Origin: a virus
Taxonomy: Duplodnaviria > Caudoviricetes
DNA: 64,000 nucleotides
Virus record (IMG/VR): IMGVR_UViG_2548876794_000003
Coordinates: 96,001-160,000 of that record
Reading direction: 5' to 3' (one strand)
Below are positions 19,401-28,300 of the stretch, one piece after another. Each line of letters begins with the position of its first letter. Positions within the stretch are counted from its first letter, which is position 1. A model generated the notes under the pieces. It had not been told where the DNA came from, made no database searches, and worked only from the letters and a program-made list of their open reading frames with translations. A program made the position numbers and the translations under genes.

Positions 19401-21615
19401 GCGTGGACGCACTGTATGGGATGTTTTCAACATCGCAGCAAGTATGTCACCAGATTTCATTTTGGGTATCGCACCGTTCGGTATGCGCTCTACACTGTTC
19501 CATGGGCATCCGCGTTTCTATTATGCTTACGATTACATAAAAGATAAAGATGGAAACTATTTAGAGAAGCGTAAACCATACCAACAGTTCCACTTGGTTT
19601 CCTCTATGAGCGACATTATTCAAAACAATATTACTGCGACATCTCAAAGCATTGCGACAAACGCAGTGGGACTGTACAAAACAAAATTCACAATTGGTGA
19701 AAAAGAATATACGACTGGACGACTATACGTTGACTGGGACATCTACCCAGAGAACCAGCGATCTATCGTACACGATACAGGGATTGTTTACAAAGGTAAC
19801 AATGAAGTCGTATCAAAAGTTCCGTTAATAGGGGACGCAACAAAAGTAATTACTGACCGAGCGTTCGAGTTGCCAAGTGGCGGTAAAGAGAAGGCATGGC
19901 GTTCAACAGCGAAAGCATTGAAACATTCTATTCACGATATGTATACAGGGAACATTATGCTTGTCGGGAATCCTTCTATTAAGCCGCATGACCGTTTAGA
20001 AATTTATGATACATATGAAAACATTAGTGGACCAGTGTTGGTTGAATCAGTAACGCACATTATGAGCCCGGATACAGGGTTTGTTACAGACGTTGTTCCG
20101 GATTGTATTGCGGTAGTGGATGACCGCTTCGAAACAACAACTCAATCTTTCGTGAACAACTATATTAAACCAGCAATGATTTATAGCGCTGTAACAACAG
20201 CAATCGCGGCTTCAACAAAATCCTTGTCACCGACGCTATCTCTGTTAAAATCATTTTCGAATTCCAAAGGTAAGCAAGTAAACTACGTTGCAAACACTGT
20301 GAAGAAACTGGTTGGTGATACAGATAAGGCAAAGGATGCGAGTAAAGTTTCAAGGAAAGGACTGCGCCTATTATATAAAGCATTAAATGCTTCTAAAGGT
20401 CAGCTCGGTTCCCTCGGTGCGAAACTTGGGTTAGCCGGCGCTGTTGGTGGACCCGCTGGTGTTGCTGCATTAACAATTGGTTTCTTTGTCGAATCACTTG
20501 TTTCAATGAGTATCGGTTATGCAGTCAACAATAAGATTAAACACTCGCTACGAAACAAGCAGGTGCTAGAGATTTATCCTATTAAGAAGAATACAAAAGT
20601 ACTGACTGCAGGGCTTACAGGTCAAATGGGCTTAGTCGTTGGTTCACCGACTGGTGGTATGAACGGTGTTGTCGATAGCGTTGTAGACTGGTTCGTTAAT
20701 AAGAGCGATGATAACCGCGTATTCGGTTTTGTTCGTGACACATTATTAGCAGACGATACAGTGGATTATATGCGTACTGTTGGGCGACGCAATGAAAACC
20801 TACTTCAAGATGGTACAGAATATGCGCGACAAAGCGTATTGAACAATGTACTTGCATCTGTATCGAAAGAAGAAGCGGTTCAGATTGGTGGCCTTTCCGA
20901 GTTACTGCTAACGCCACGCGTCACACCTCCTCCAAGTAGTGAGTCAACGGAGAGAAAAGCTAATTACGCAACGAAGATGAATGCAAAATATACAGAGCTA
21001 AAAGTAGACACTATTACCAACATGGGCGGCAATGCGAAGATTGTTGAGAATATGGTAGCAATCGAAGGTAGTGAGAAAATCGCTGACTACTTAGATCGTG
21101 GTATCTTGCGTTTAATTTGGAAAGAAAAATTTAACGATGAAAAAGATTACGAATACGTGACGTTTGAAACCAAAGGTGAGAACCTTAAAGCTCGTTGTAT
21201 CAAGACAGTTGTTTCTAAAAAGAACAGCGATACTTGCTACGATATTCCATTCCTGCATCCAGATGCATTAGCACTTCTCGAAGAAATTTGTCGAGTGGCC
21301 AGTAACTATTTGGTATCAGATGAAGAGGAAAAGAACGAGAACGAATCAAACTTCATTGCAGTAACATCTGCAGCGCGTATCGGTGATACGGAGTCACTGG
21401 CGTCAACAGGGCTATCATTCAAGTTGGAATCAAGCGGAAAAGATTCTAAAACAATTCTAAAAAATGTGCTACATGACATTAATGAAGCGATGGATGAAAT
21501 GCGAAGCGTTGGCTTACCAGACGACTACATTATCTTTGAACGTACAAAAATTAAAGAAGGCGGGATTTCTGAGGACGGTAAGAGTGTCCGTATAACAGTT
21601 TACCCACCAGCATAG
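13441..21615 (+). CDS. Multidomain baseplate hub megaprotein (SNase nuclease + two tube/initiator-like repeats + gp27/gpD-like hub + degenerate M15-like C-terminus)
   Basis: SNase motifs VDGDT, IRFLGINAPE, DAYNRFLG. Repeated E(I/V)STVxGxP module. Hub-type motifs LKPGIRMHVRMGY..FNGRIAEV and GNPSIKPHD..VESVTH..GFVT. Lies directly before the spike-like gene. Confidence 0.65.
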   Translation: MASTKTAKELKELYGTMNKENLILTDEDFFLPSMGDMYVNSVDSARLNDFAASLEGNAGKDKMTKASFYLENPFASELGFYEKNHLIFVKAKPLITTQDVLAGKVDGDTLTFKVSAVVGDDDGKAKSKIQEEVKRGTEKIINAVNDKASLDLMDRLESLGLDLSDPKNSEYKKYLRESSEQEFKIRFLGINAPEVSKWTHMSNINADYLKVEFKEYGDIKNDEAHYYCRRYEGRKDKEVIAFVTLSDAMSHDDGIDLGEMFIETNSEYSPLTKSRIKSEKKLDFYYLNTVGETEKKRREQGDLAQRRVIKAINASADGYVYLMLNTSTLKMATDRYASIFDDVTALSKGPINKLKYIFSQLVSYNDYSYKGYNMWGTDAYNRFLGTPYVITDEGYVNLAKYVIAGDDEKMVDVFPDYGDTPWSGVNNNYADKYFNLASYDFDNYALYDATKVAGDDIDDRRKVQEEIFGRSFDELREWTVGIGDTFFFVPPTSINVTNEVSNERLRTMRSKGSMVKGGTKVDKYIELDLYFNDERGINGYPWETTLPNGDKTTYYMNGLRALISQFKFTPFLPIENRYINQMCNIEAVNLLTLEISTVEGFPRTLVARVVLQAFDWRTYMPDLPANIQMDDQQDEDEYFNIFAKSIDYATMRWYYQRAIRRGNKVDGLDANSIKYIEKTLGSNTALQPMHFEDSGVKFYVANEDYLKKMLQVKINALDTSKTYAVLTDLEKELLVDLAPLGKAADDALTDKMMGQYTTSLIDKLKPAKDGRLPVLTAEKASKGLVYGKAKLGSPKIMRVETNGFIFDDEYFPEYMNLVQSRMVDAFKDVQGKEKILNDVTPYYKVGDDYITFGVCLDLYMPGFTTPAQITNLIAEASTATGVSRDKFNLVDEKLYISYRVELKDKVGVKTGIDRFITTDYDGVIQYPALPNTTKSGYDYQMLAYAQQYKKIKDSDEDTPNEEVADTAKNVDYISPYTLTYDQYEMGHVTVQNISVSTTNSFMKYGLNGSEGYASQYMGSEDSIIEITLHSMDEYAVGMINQMTSLQTRYARDYRLILPACPFRIDTELTRTLGINEIILDKVEVSTVAGAPGLYDIHISAISMDRTLRSREALNKVNDWTNNGSIGNDNATELKLKSYDNLNETLAAAELYPDLELPTVKELESKGFNFIRHVFDRDRSYPDPDFYFVYGYLLQADVLRDAVSQAYEQSIAESTWTDEYGGSVELETNKEFGYITKKEGKNTKDLHESISKVEAAADKSKSVTEYVNSGEALIDIIQSAEDAEGWSVSPKIRVLGIDQYHQDLLHRDDAMKKGKTGEERQGKWLSERMDEAREASKLIKAALDKPLSSIGQAHDARKDDDFTRRFSDRVIRECLNEDFGDALAKLNFSAEEFTDSGSQTADSFIKILKSIATAFSSKKEWTKKAGKDGDANFKYLGYAIDTDTNSSGNRSAASIDDAVENGVEFSVFGLKMLKRKKLKKLEVYGEIHKRVDDDVSVNMNYYTLDPYYRREGVTAKEIEEYKRACCTDYTVAAQAFVRNTMLFLAKAIDEYIFPNITFDLMASELREAMKSVENKKLADEINDYEDFLNDEDRPINAGKLFICSLAAATNSQKVLEYVKQGRYEDLNQMVYQSINEKGTELYDNSEAIFYRKFFRKLVDYKMIDNLGAVGNDDKNIVTDRRREYRERVYIEAANNPSEYITHSFHDMTVNDMRGRMARAFPTFYMLLVDEGRRIGLWKLHDNFYNINSISEIAITKSRKNPADTIKITMSNMFHTYTTDDEDIKVNFEYDYRDVFNSIFNSEAYYEKEEAKRMGQQPLNRAKLKPGIRMHVRMGYNSNAATLPIMFNGRIAEVSAGETVEIVGQGDGVELLNTISVQESKSLNQGNGKLWLYSKVDGQQTPKEIFDKVLCNKGTMTSRALDTVSNGYYRSYNEYGIVHFGDPRYNVIFENGEPSQNIYEATTQPKWYKEQSKSAEYGLEEPPQISIMTRGRTVWDVFNIAASMSPDFILGIAPFGMRSTLFHGHPRFYYAYDYIKDKDGNYLEKRKPYQQFHLVSSMSDIIQNNITATSQSIATNAVGLYKTKFTIGEKEYTTGRLYVDWDIYPENQRSIVHDTGIVYKGNNEVVSKVPLIGDATKVITDRAFELPSGGKEKAWRSTAKALKHSIHDMYTGNIMLVGNPSIKPHDRLEIYDTYENISGPVLVESVTHIMSPDTGFVTDVVPDCIAVVDDRFETTTQSFVNNYIKPAMIYSAVTTAIAASTKSLSPTLSLLKSFSNSKGKQVNYVANTVKKLVGDTDKAKDASKVSRKGLRLLYKALNASKGQLGSLGAKLGLAGAVGGPAGVAALTIGFFVESLVSMSIGYAVNNKIKHSLRNKQVLEIYPIKKNTKVLTAGLTGQMGLVVGSPTGGMNGVVDSVVDWFVNKSDDNRVFGFVRDTLLADDTVDYMRTVGRRNENLLQDGTEYARQSVLNNVLASVSKEEAVQIGGLSELLLTPRVTPPPSSESTERKANYATKMNAKYTELKVDTITNMGGNAKIVENMVAIEGSEKIADYLDRGILRLIWKEKFNDEKDYEYVTFETKGENLKARCIKTVVSKKNSDTCYDIPFLHPDALALLEEICRVASNYLVSDEEEKNENESNFIAVTSAARIGDTESLASTGLSFKLESSGKDSKTILKNVLHDINEAMDEMRSVGLPDDYIIFERTKIKEGGISEDGKSVRITVYPPA

Positions 21616-21626
21616 GGGGAGAGAGA

Positions 21627-22001
21627 ATGGCTGGATTAAAAGATGTTATCGCCGAAAAGGTTGTATCTCCGTCGGTAAATAACGATGGCGACCATTTTGA
21701 TGTAGAAGCAATTGTCCGCACGATTGATGCAGACAATAGCACATGTACAATTACATATCGAAGCGGTGAAGGCCGCGTCACACGAGAAAACGTATTAGTT
21801 CGTACAGGTAGTGTTTCGTTCGTTGATTGGTTCCCAGAGAAAGGAGACCATGTTCTCGTCAACATTATCAATGGGCGACATTATGTAACTGGCCCTTCTG
21901 ATGCAGAGTTACGAGGGATGCGAAAACGGAATTCGCGACTGGTCAGTGACATTTATAGCGACATGACAGCGACAGATACACAAGGGGGTTGGATTTTCTA
22001 A
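21627..22001 (+). CDS. Baseplate spike OB-fold protein (gp5/gpV N-terminal-like)
   Basis: VRTID..CTITY..V...WFPEKGDHVLVNIING..YVTG pattern typical of spike OB domains; follows the hub gene. Confidence 0.55.
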   Translation: MAGLKDVIAEKVVSPSVNNDGDHFDVEAIVRTIDADNSTCTITYRSGEGRVTRENVLVRTGSVSFVDWFPEKGDHVLVNIINGRHYVTGPSDAELRGMRKRNSRLVSDIYSDMTATDTQGGWIF

Positions 22002-22702
22002 TGAGCGAAAAAGCAGCAGCCGTCACGTTTGTACAGGATGAACCAGCAGACAATATTATTGCTCGAATCAAAAAAGATGTAGCAAACACGAAAGCGGGAA
22101 TCGAGAAGGCACTCGTCAACAAGCATTCGAAATCGAGCTTGACTATGCGTAAGGATGGTGACATTACGCTAGCTTCAAATACGAAAACGCAAATGAAGCT
22201 AGATAACAATGGTAAATCCTTAGATATGACACAAGATAGCATCACGATTGCAAATAGACGAACGCTTGAAGTTGAGGATATTGTTATCAACAATCATAAA
22301 ATGAATCCTCAATTGCTTTACTATACGGATGGCGTGTCAGTATTAAACGATACAGATAGCTACGTATCGTCGTTTCAGATGCAGGGGAGTGTCATGGTGA
22401 AAGCGTGGGATGCTTCGAGCAAAAAGTATAAGATGATTCGCAGACCTGCGAACCTATCTATGTTTAGCCCACGTTTAAATACAGCACAGATTCCAAAAGA
22501 CCTTGGTGTTCCAGACACAGTGAAAGAGCAGATCGAGGAAATTGCTTCTACAAATCAAAGCGTATCGAACGCAAGTGAAGTAGAGAAAGCAACAGATGGC
22601 ACAGCTGCAGTGGAAACAGTTGCGGATAAAAAATCCAAAGTAGCTGATTCAATCGTAGCTAAAGGTGGCACACCCATTACAAAAACAGCTAAGAAACAAT
22701 AA
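22001..22702 (+). CDS. Putative spike beta-helix protein
   Basis: TAATG coupling with the upstream gene and a GGGGG RBS. Short beta-repeat pattern SSLTMRKDGDITLASNTKTQMKLDNNG. Confidence 0.45.
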   Translation: MSEKAAAVTFVQDEPADNIIARIKKDVANTKAGIEKALVNKHSKSSLTMRKDGDITLASNTKTQMKLDNNGKSLDMTQDSITIANRRTLEVEDIVINNHKMNPQLLYYTDGVSVLNDTDSYVSSFQMQGSVMVKAWDASSKKYKMIRRPANLSMFSPRLNTAQIPKDLGVPDTVKEQIEEIASTNQSVSNASEVEKATDGTAAVETVADKKSKVADSIVAKGGTPITKTAKKQ

Positions 22703-22710
22703 AATTGTAA

Positions 22711-22740
22711 CAAAAACACCTCAAAATGGGTGTTTTTTGT
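22711..22740. terminator. Bidirectional intrinsic terminator between convergent genes
   Basis: CAAAAACACC-loop-GGTGTTTTTTG with A/T tracts on both sides. Confidence 0.7.
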
Positions 22741-22746
22741 TACCTA

Positions 22747-23475
22747 CTATTCAATTGCACAGCCGACAGCGAATGCCGTTGCACATGCAAAGTCACACGC
22801 ACCACCAACAGCTAGTCCCACGCCAGGAATGAAATGCAATCCACCACACATAGAACCACAAGCAATTAATCCAGACATACTACAAGCAAAAGCTACACCA
22901 TTGAATTTAAACTTATAAGTAGCAATGCCTGAATCGTTAGCTTCTTCAACTTCTCCAATATTGAAAGAATTTAGAACATCATAACTTTCATCAGAGAAAT
23001 CTAATAAAACTGTGTTAGACATTAAAACTTTTTTCTCTTTTAAATCAATCCACATAATCTCGCGTAAGATTTTCTTATTGTCTTTATTATTGTTATCATA
23101 GTAATAAGCAGCATAACTTACGACATTTTCATAGTTTACGCCTTGGTCTTCTAGGTTTTTAAATTGTGTATAAGTTTGCGCATCTTTAGCTAGAAGGTAT
23201 CCTTTTTTCTTATAAGACTTTAGAATTTTTTTAGCTTCTGAATTACGATCTTTCTTAGCAACTTTGTTTACAGACTTTTTCACTTTTTTACTAAGCTCTT
23301 GATTGACTTCTGTACCAGACGCTTCTAATTGTTCAATAGCTTTTTGTACATCGCTATTCGGATTATCACATTGGCAATCTTCCTTTGCAATATTGCTAAC
23401 AGCTGTGGATTGTTGAGGCGTTAATGAGAACACCAGAATAAAGGCCATTGAGATAACACTTAAAATTTTCTTCAA
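22747..23475 (-). CDS. Secreted bacteriocin-like precursor with C-terminal Cys-rich halocin-C8-like domain
   Basis: Signal peptide MKKILSVISMAFILVFSL..STA, charged central region, C-terminal hydrophobic domain with 6 Cys (ACSMSGLIACGSMCGG..GGACDFACATAFAVGC). AAGGGAG RBS before the TTG start. Confidence 0.7.
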   Translation of the reverse strand: MKKILSVISMAFILVFSLTPQQSTAVSNIAKEDCQCDNPNSDVQKAIEQLEASGTEVNQELSKKVKKSVNKVAKKDRNSEAKKILKSYKKKGYLLAKDAQTYTQFKNLEDQGVNYENVVSYAAYYYDNNNKDNKKILREIMWIDLKEKKVLMSNTVLLDFSDESYDVLNSFNIGEVEEANDSGIATYKFKFNGVAFACSMSGLIACGSMCGGLHFIPGVGLAVGGACDFACATAFAVGCAIE

Positions 23476-23497
23476 AACAAAGCAACTCCCTTAAATA

Positions 23498-23671
23498 TTA
23501 TGTAGTTTTTCTCTCTCTAACTCTGATTACTAAATAAACTAAAAGTGCCACAATAAAAGCTAGCAATTGATCTAGTAACATATCACCAGTGTTAAACCAT
23601 CTTATTAAAAAAACTAACCCAAAAATCAACATACCTAAAATACTTATTATTTTAATAACTTTTTCACCCAA
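23498..23671 (-). CDS. 57-aa two-TM membrane protein, candidate immunity protein (not in the ORF track)
   Basis: Manual translation MGEKVIKIISILGMLIFGLVFLIRWFNTGDMLLDQLLAFIVALLVYLVIRVRERKTT. GGAGGTG RBS (23679-23685, minus strand) 7 nt before the TTG start. Confidence 0.75.
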   Translation of the reverse strand: MGEKVIKIISILGMLIFGLVFLIRWFNTGDMLLDQLLAFIVALLVYLVIRVRERKTT

Positions 23672-24008
23672 CTTATTACACCTCCAAACTCGACATTTTA
23701 AAGACAGTTTACTTTTAAATGTTTACATATTGGTTATTAATTGTCAAATTTGTATTTTATTAACCAATTACAATTACTCTTCAAAATGGCGTAACAGCGG
23801 CGTTTGTGAGGGGTGATTTTTTATTTTATAAAGTGGCTTGAGTGATGAAAATTTATTTAAAAATTGACTTTTAAATCAAGCAAGGGGATTTACTTTTAGA
23901 CGTATTACAAAAAGACTACTTGTTCATCTTTAAAAAACTTCTTTCTTCATGTAAACTTGCACGCGCAAGCAGTAAAATACTGCATGAAAGAAAGGGGTTT
24001 TTTATTTT

Positions 24009-24506
24009 ATGGTCGATTTTCAAACGACAAAAAACGGTGACATCGTGTTCAAAGACTACAATAAAAAAGCTGGAATTGTATTGAATATGCAGACAGCAGA
24101 TGCATGTATTGTTCTATCTCATTCTACAAGTAATCAACCGCAAAGCCGCGCCACAGATGGTATTCGGTTAACATTCAGAACCGTCACTGATGACGCAGGA
24201 CTAGACGTTGATATTGTTTCCGACAACGATGCAATATCTCAACAAATCGAATGGGAATGCAAAACAGAAATCGGTGAATTACCGATAAGTACGTTCGGGA
24301 GTACAGTGTACAAGAGTATGCACAAAGAGATTGGACTAGAAGAAACGGCAGAAGCTATCCGTTTGTCCATCCAATCTATCGTCGATCAATACATTACTGA
24401 TGCGACAGTGACGATTGAGCGTCATAAAGATGCTTCCGTTTTTAACTATCAAACATACCATGCAATGATTGAAGCAACAGGATTCCATCATTCATTTACT
24501 ATTTAG
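24009..24506 (+). CDS. Baseplate gp25/GPW-like protein (sheath initiator)
   Basis: C-terminal VSDNDAISQQIEWECKTEIGELP..FGS..AEAIRLSIQSIV resembles the gp25 family; sits between spike and wedge genes. Confidence 0.6.
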   Translation: MVDFQTTKNGDIVFKDYNKKAGIVLNMQTADACIVLSHSTSNQPQSRATDGIRLTFRTVTDDAGLDVDIVSDNDAISQQIEWECKTEIGELPISTFGSTVYKSMHKEIGLEETAEAIRLSIQSIVDQYITDATVTIERHKDASVFNYQTYHAMIEATGFHHSFTI

Positions 24507-24515
24507 GAGGACATT

Positions 24516-25295
24516 ATGAAAACAGCAAGTACGATTAAACAAGATATAAAAAATAACATGAACGTTGATTTCTACGAAGGTAGCTTTATCGACAACGTTC
24601 TTAATGCTATTGCCGACTCTGAGGAGAAGGTATACGAAGAAGTAGATAAGGCCCGTAGCCCTTACTTGTACAGTCAAGTTTTAAACTTCGCAGACAATTT
24701 AGATGACCTTGGCCAGATGTACAACCTCGTTCGCGAGGAAGGGGAAAGCGACCAAAACTATCTGTACCGCATTATTAATTGGAAGCTAATTTCAGAAGCA
24801 GGGAATAAAACAGCAATTCAAGCATCAATCATCAATCCTGTGAACGCTTCGTATATGGAGTATCTTCCGTTAACAAACGGCGCCAATACTGGTTCTATCT
24901 ATATCGTACCTAATGATTATGAGGTTGAAACGAAGTTAGCCGCCATCGAAGAAGCGAAGAAGAAAATCGAAGCCGTTGTTTCACCAGGGATGTACATGGA
25001 GTATGTTATTCCAGACATGGTTGCGATTGATTTAGACATTAAAATCGAAACTAGCAATTCAAATCAAACACTGCTAAAATCAGCGGTGAATTCGGCAATA
25101 CGAGAGTATGTCAATAACATTGCACCAAATGATTACTTAACAATCGGTGCGCTAAATCGTATTGGCATTAACTTAGCTGGTGTGGATTATTTCAATGTAA
25201 CGCAAGTGTACATTGGCGGCAGCGCAACAAAGTCGAATAAAAACTTACAAGAGATTGACAAGAAATTCGTACTGAATCTCGTCTCTTGGGATTAG
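24516..25295 (+). CDS. Baseplate wedge protein (gpI/gpJ-like)
   Basis: LDDLGQMYNLVREEGESDQNYLYRI..AGNKTAI motif, then a gpJ-like C-terminus (AIREYVNNIAPND..LAGVDYFNV). Confidence 0.6.
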   Translation: MKTASTIKQDIKNNMNVDFYEGSFIDNVLNAIADSEEKVYEEVDKARSPYLYSQVLNFADNLDDLGQMYNLVREEGESDQNYLYRIINWKLISEAGNKTAIQASIINPVNASYMEYLPLTNGANTGSIYIVPNDYEVETKLAAIEEAKKKIEAVVSPGMYMEYVIPDMVAIDLDIKIETSNSNQTLLKSAVNSAIREYVNNIAPNDYLTIGALNRIGINLAGVDYFNVTQVYIGGSATKSNKNLQEIDKKFVLNLVSWD

Positions 25296-25306
25296 GAGAA
25301 CCATAT

Positions 25307-28300
25307 ATGTTAGACAAGAAACAATTGTATGAAAATGCGATAATGCATTTCCCTCGACGCTCTGACATTCGTAAACGAAAAACCAGTAACGGTGCCAAGC
25401 TACTTCGCAGCATCTTAGAAGAAGCAGACGACTTCAATCAAGCCATCGAAGAGCTACGTGCTTCATTCTTTGCTATTAACTACAAGGGGAAAGCAGACGA
25501 ACTTCTATTGAACTTATCAATGTTTCCGGTTGGATCCGTTGCAGACGACATTCAGATGGACGGTTTCACACAGGCTCTTGATGAAAACCACTTCATGAAT
25601 GATGCGCAGACATTCATCGTTGAAGATGGCTTTTGCTACCTACATCGTCAAAACACGCTCTTTGTTTCATATCGAGCAAACGGTGATACATATACGGCTC
25701 AGTTAAAAGATATGACGTACTGGAACATCATTGATGAGTTTGCGATGATTTCTTCTATTGATCGCTTTGATAATGAGTCGAACGAAGAATTACTTAATCG
25801 CGTTTTCCTAAGTTATCGTAACGTGACAAATAGCTCTGCAATAGGATTGAAGAATGCCATTATAAACGCTGTCAGTAATCACGTAGAAATCATTCCAGAT
25901 GATATTGTCATTGAGCCAATGAACGAACAAAACTTACATACATACTTCGATGAAATCGAATTGATTGAAAACCTTAGCTTTATTAATAAAGATGTGCTGC
26001 GTCAAAAAGTATGGGGGCGCTCAAAGTGGGAGCATCCTTTTGCTGGTATTGAAAACGTACCGAGTGAATGGGATGTAGTCATGCCAGCCGTACAGGATGG
26101 GGTAGGCGACATTCGTGCCACTTACGCAAAAGACATTTCAGATTCTTTATTCAAAAGAGCTGTCGTCAATACATATAACAAATCAGAAGCTATGATTTCA
26201 AACTACATGCTTTCGAACAATATTGACGTTGATATTAACTTAGGCCTAACGAAACTTTCAAACCGGTTAAATTCTAAAAAGGTAAGTTACAAAGTGTCCG
26301 CAGAAAAAGTGACGGACGTTTCTAACGATGTTATTCGACTGAACAATGAATATAGCGGCAGAAGCGTCGGTCACTTGCAAGACATCGTTGCAAACTTAAC
26401 GGACTACCGAGCGAACATTACATCAAATAATCTACTTGAAGCTGGTCATGATTATCGTGTCACTGTAGAAGCGGAAGGTGACTATGACGCATTAAAAGTA
26501 GAACAACTTGAACTACTAAACAGCGATGGCTCTAAACGTTCATATCTACAGCCGAATGCTGGCTTTAAAAAGGACAGTGACGGTAATTACATTCCTGACA
26601 ACATTTTGAAGCGAATCAACTCTACAGAAGATATGTACAATGTACAGAACTTCGTGACAACATTAGATGGCATTGAGTTAGAGGACACAGCAAACAAAGG
26701 CCATGCTGAAATTTCTATTGAAGGAGCAAGTAACAAATACCTTATCATCAAAGAAAGCTGCCAAATGGTTTCGTTCACAGGTAACAATGCGTTGCTTAAG
26801 GCAGAAGGTTTCACGTTAACGAATGGCATGTTAACATCTCGAAACGAAAGTGACCGCATTACGATTGAAATGACTTGTCGTAATATGCAATTCGCTGTAT
26901 CAAGTGGGCGCATTAATTATGATTTGTACGTGAATGGTGAAAATGTAGCTTCCGAATCAAACATAACTACCGACGATGTAAAATATTCGTTTGATAAGCC
27001 AACTAAAATTAAGATGGTTATTCGCCCAGTCGGTACGCAAAGCACAATACTTTCAAACTTTATGTACAACAATTATGAATTGAGCATGAGCGTTGATGGG
27101 GCGAGCCTTTATCACAACAATACATTCGGTCACATTATTTACGAAGCGGATCCGGGCGCCAAGTTGATTTTAGACATGTCGTGCAAAACCGGATTCTCAC
27201 CAGTTATTGAATACATACATATTGGCGGTATCGTCAAAGGCAAAAAATACGTTGTTAGTAACATTATTCCGAAAGAGGATAGTCTACTTCTGTTAAAAGC
27301 AGATGGCGCAATTACCGTAGAAGATTTAACGGATGGTCGCGTTATTGGTCACGAATCAGATATGGTACTTGCACTTAGAAACAATGGTGCAACGCCGATG
27401 AATGTAAAGCTAAATATCGCGAACTATACAGACTTCTCAATTGAAAATTACACTATCAATCGCATCTTTACAGCAGGTGTTGAAAACTATTACTTATCGC
27501 TTCAACCAGGGGCGAGCATTTCATCGTTTATTACGAATGGTACATATAAAAAATCCGTCTATGAAAAAACTATTAAGGACGTATTGAACACTCAAAACGT
27601 TTACGTATCAAGTTACCAGAATGGATTCTTTGATGGCATCTCTGGTCACGAAGTTAAGCTGGTGCGCGATATGTTTTCAGATGCACCAACGTTTAACAGT
27701 TGTGAAATCATTTCAAAAAGCAACGTTCGTTATAACTTTATGGCAACGGCTAACAGTAGCATTTCAGTTGAGACAACTTACTTCAAACAAGATTTTGTTC
27801 AAATTGGTTGTGTAGCAATTGCTGGAGAACAGCATATTTGCTATAACACGCAACGTGTACTTAGCTCTATCACAGAGAATATACAGGTAGCGCGCTTATT
27901 CTATCCAGAACTAGAAGCGAGCCAACTGTACTGTTTCTATATCGAAACGTCGACAAGTGGCGCTAAAGTAACGTTCATGGACACAAATATTGGCACAAGT
28001 TATATCGGTGAATATGTAAAAATTGAATTGGATAATTTTGCATCGGACGAATCAAACTACATAAAAGAATCAGTCGTGGTGAGACGGAATGCCGTACTAT
28101 CAAATGTAATGTACCTAGATCGTACTTTCGTTAAGGAAGGCAAAGAAATTGATTTAGCGGAATATATGATTTCTCCACCACAAGGATTAGAGGTCGTTTA
28201 TGCAAACGGCACAGAACAAGCTTCTGAATCATTTTATGCGGAGCAAGATGGCTTCAACAAACTTAAAAAATCCAACATTGAAAGTATTGACTATATTATG

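Noticed and set aside
23720-23747. Minus-strand sigmaA promoter for the bacteriocin cassette (TTGACA at 23742-23747)
   Set aside because: The -35 is perfect but there is no convincing -10 at 16-18 bp, so it was not called
23589-23816. 75-aa plus-strand ORF in the track
   Set aside because: No RBS; it overlaps the better-supported minus-strand two-TM ORF 23498-23671
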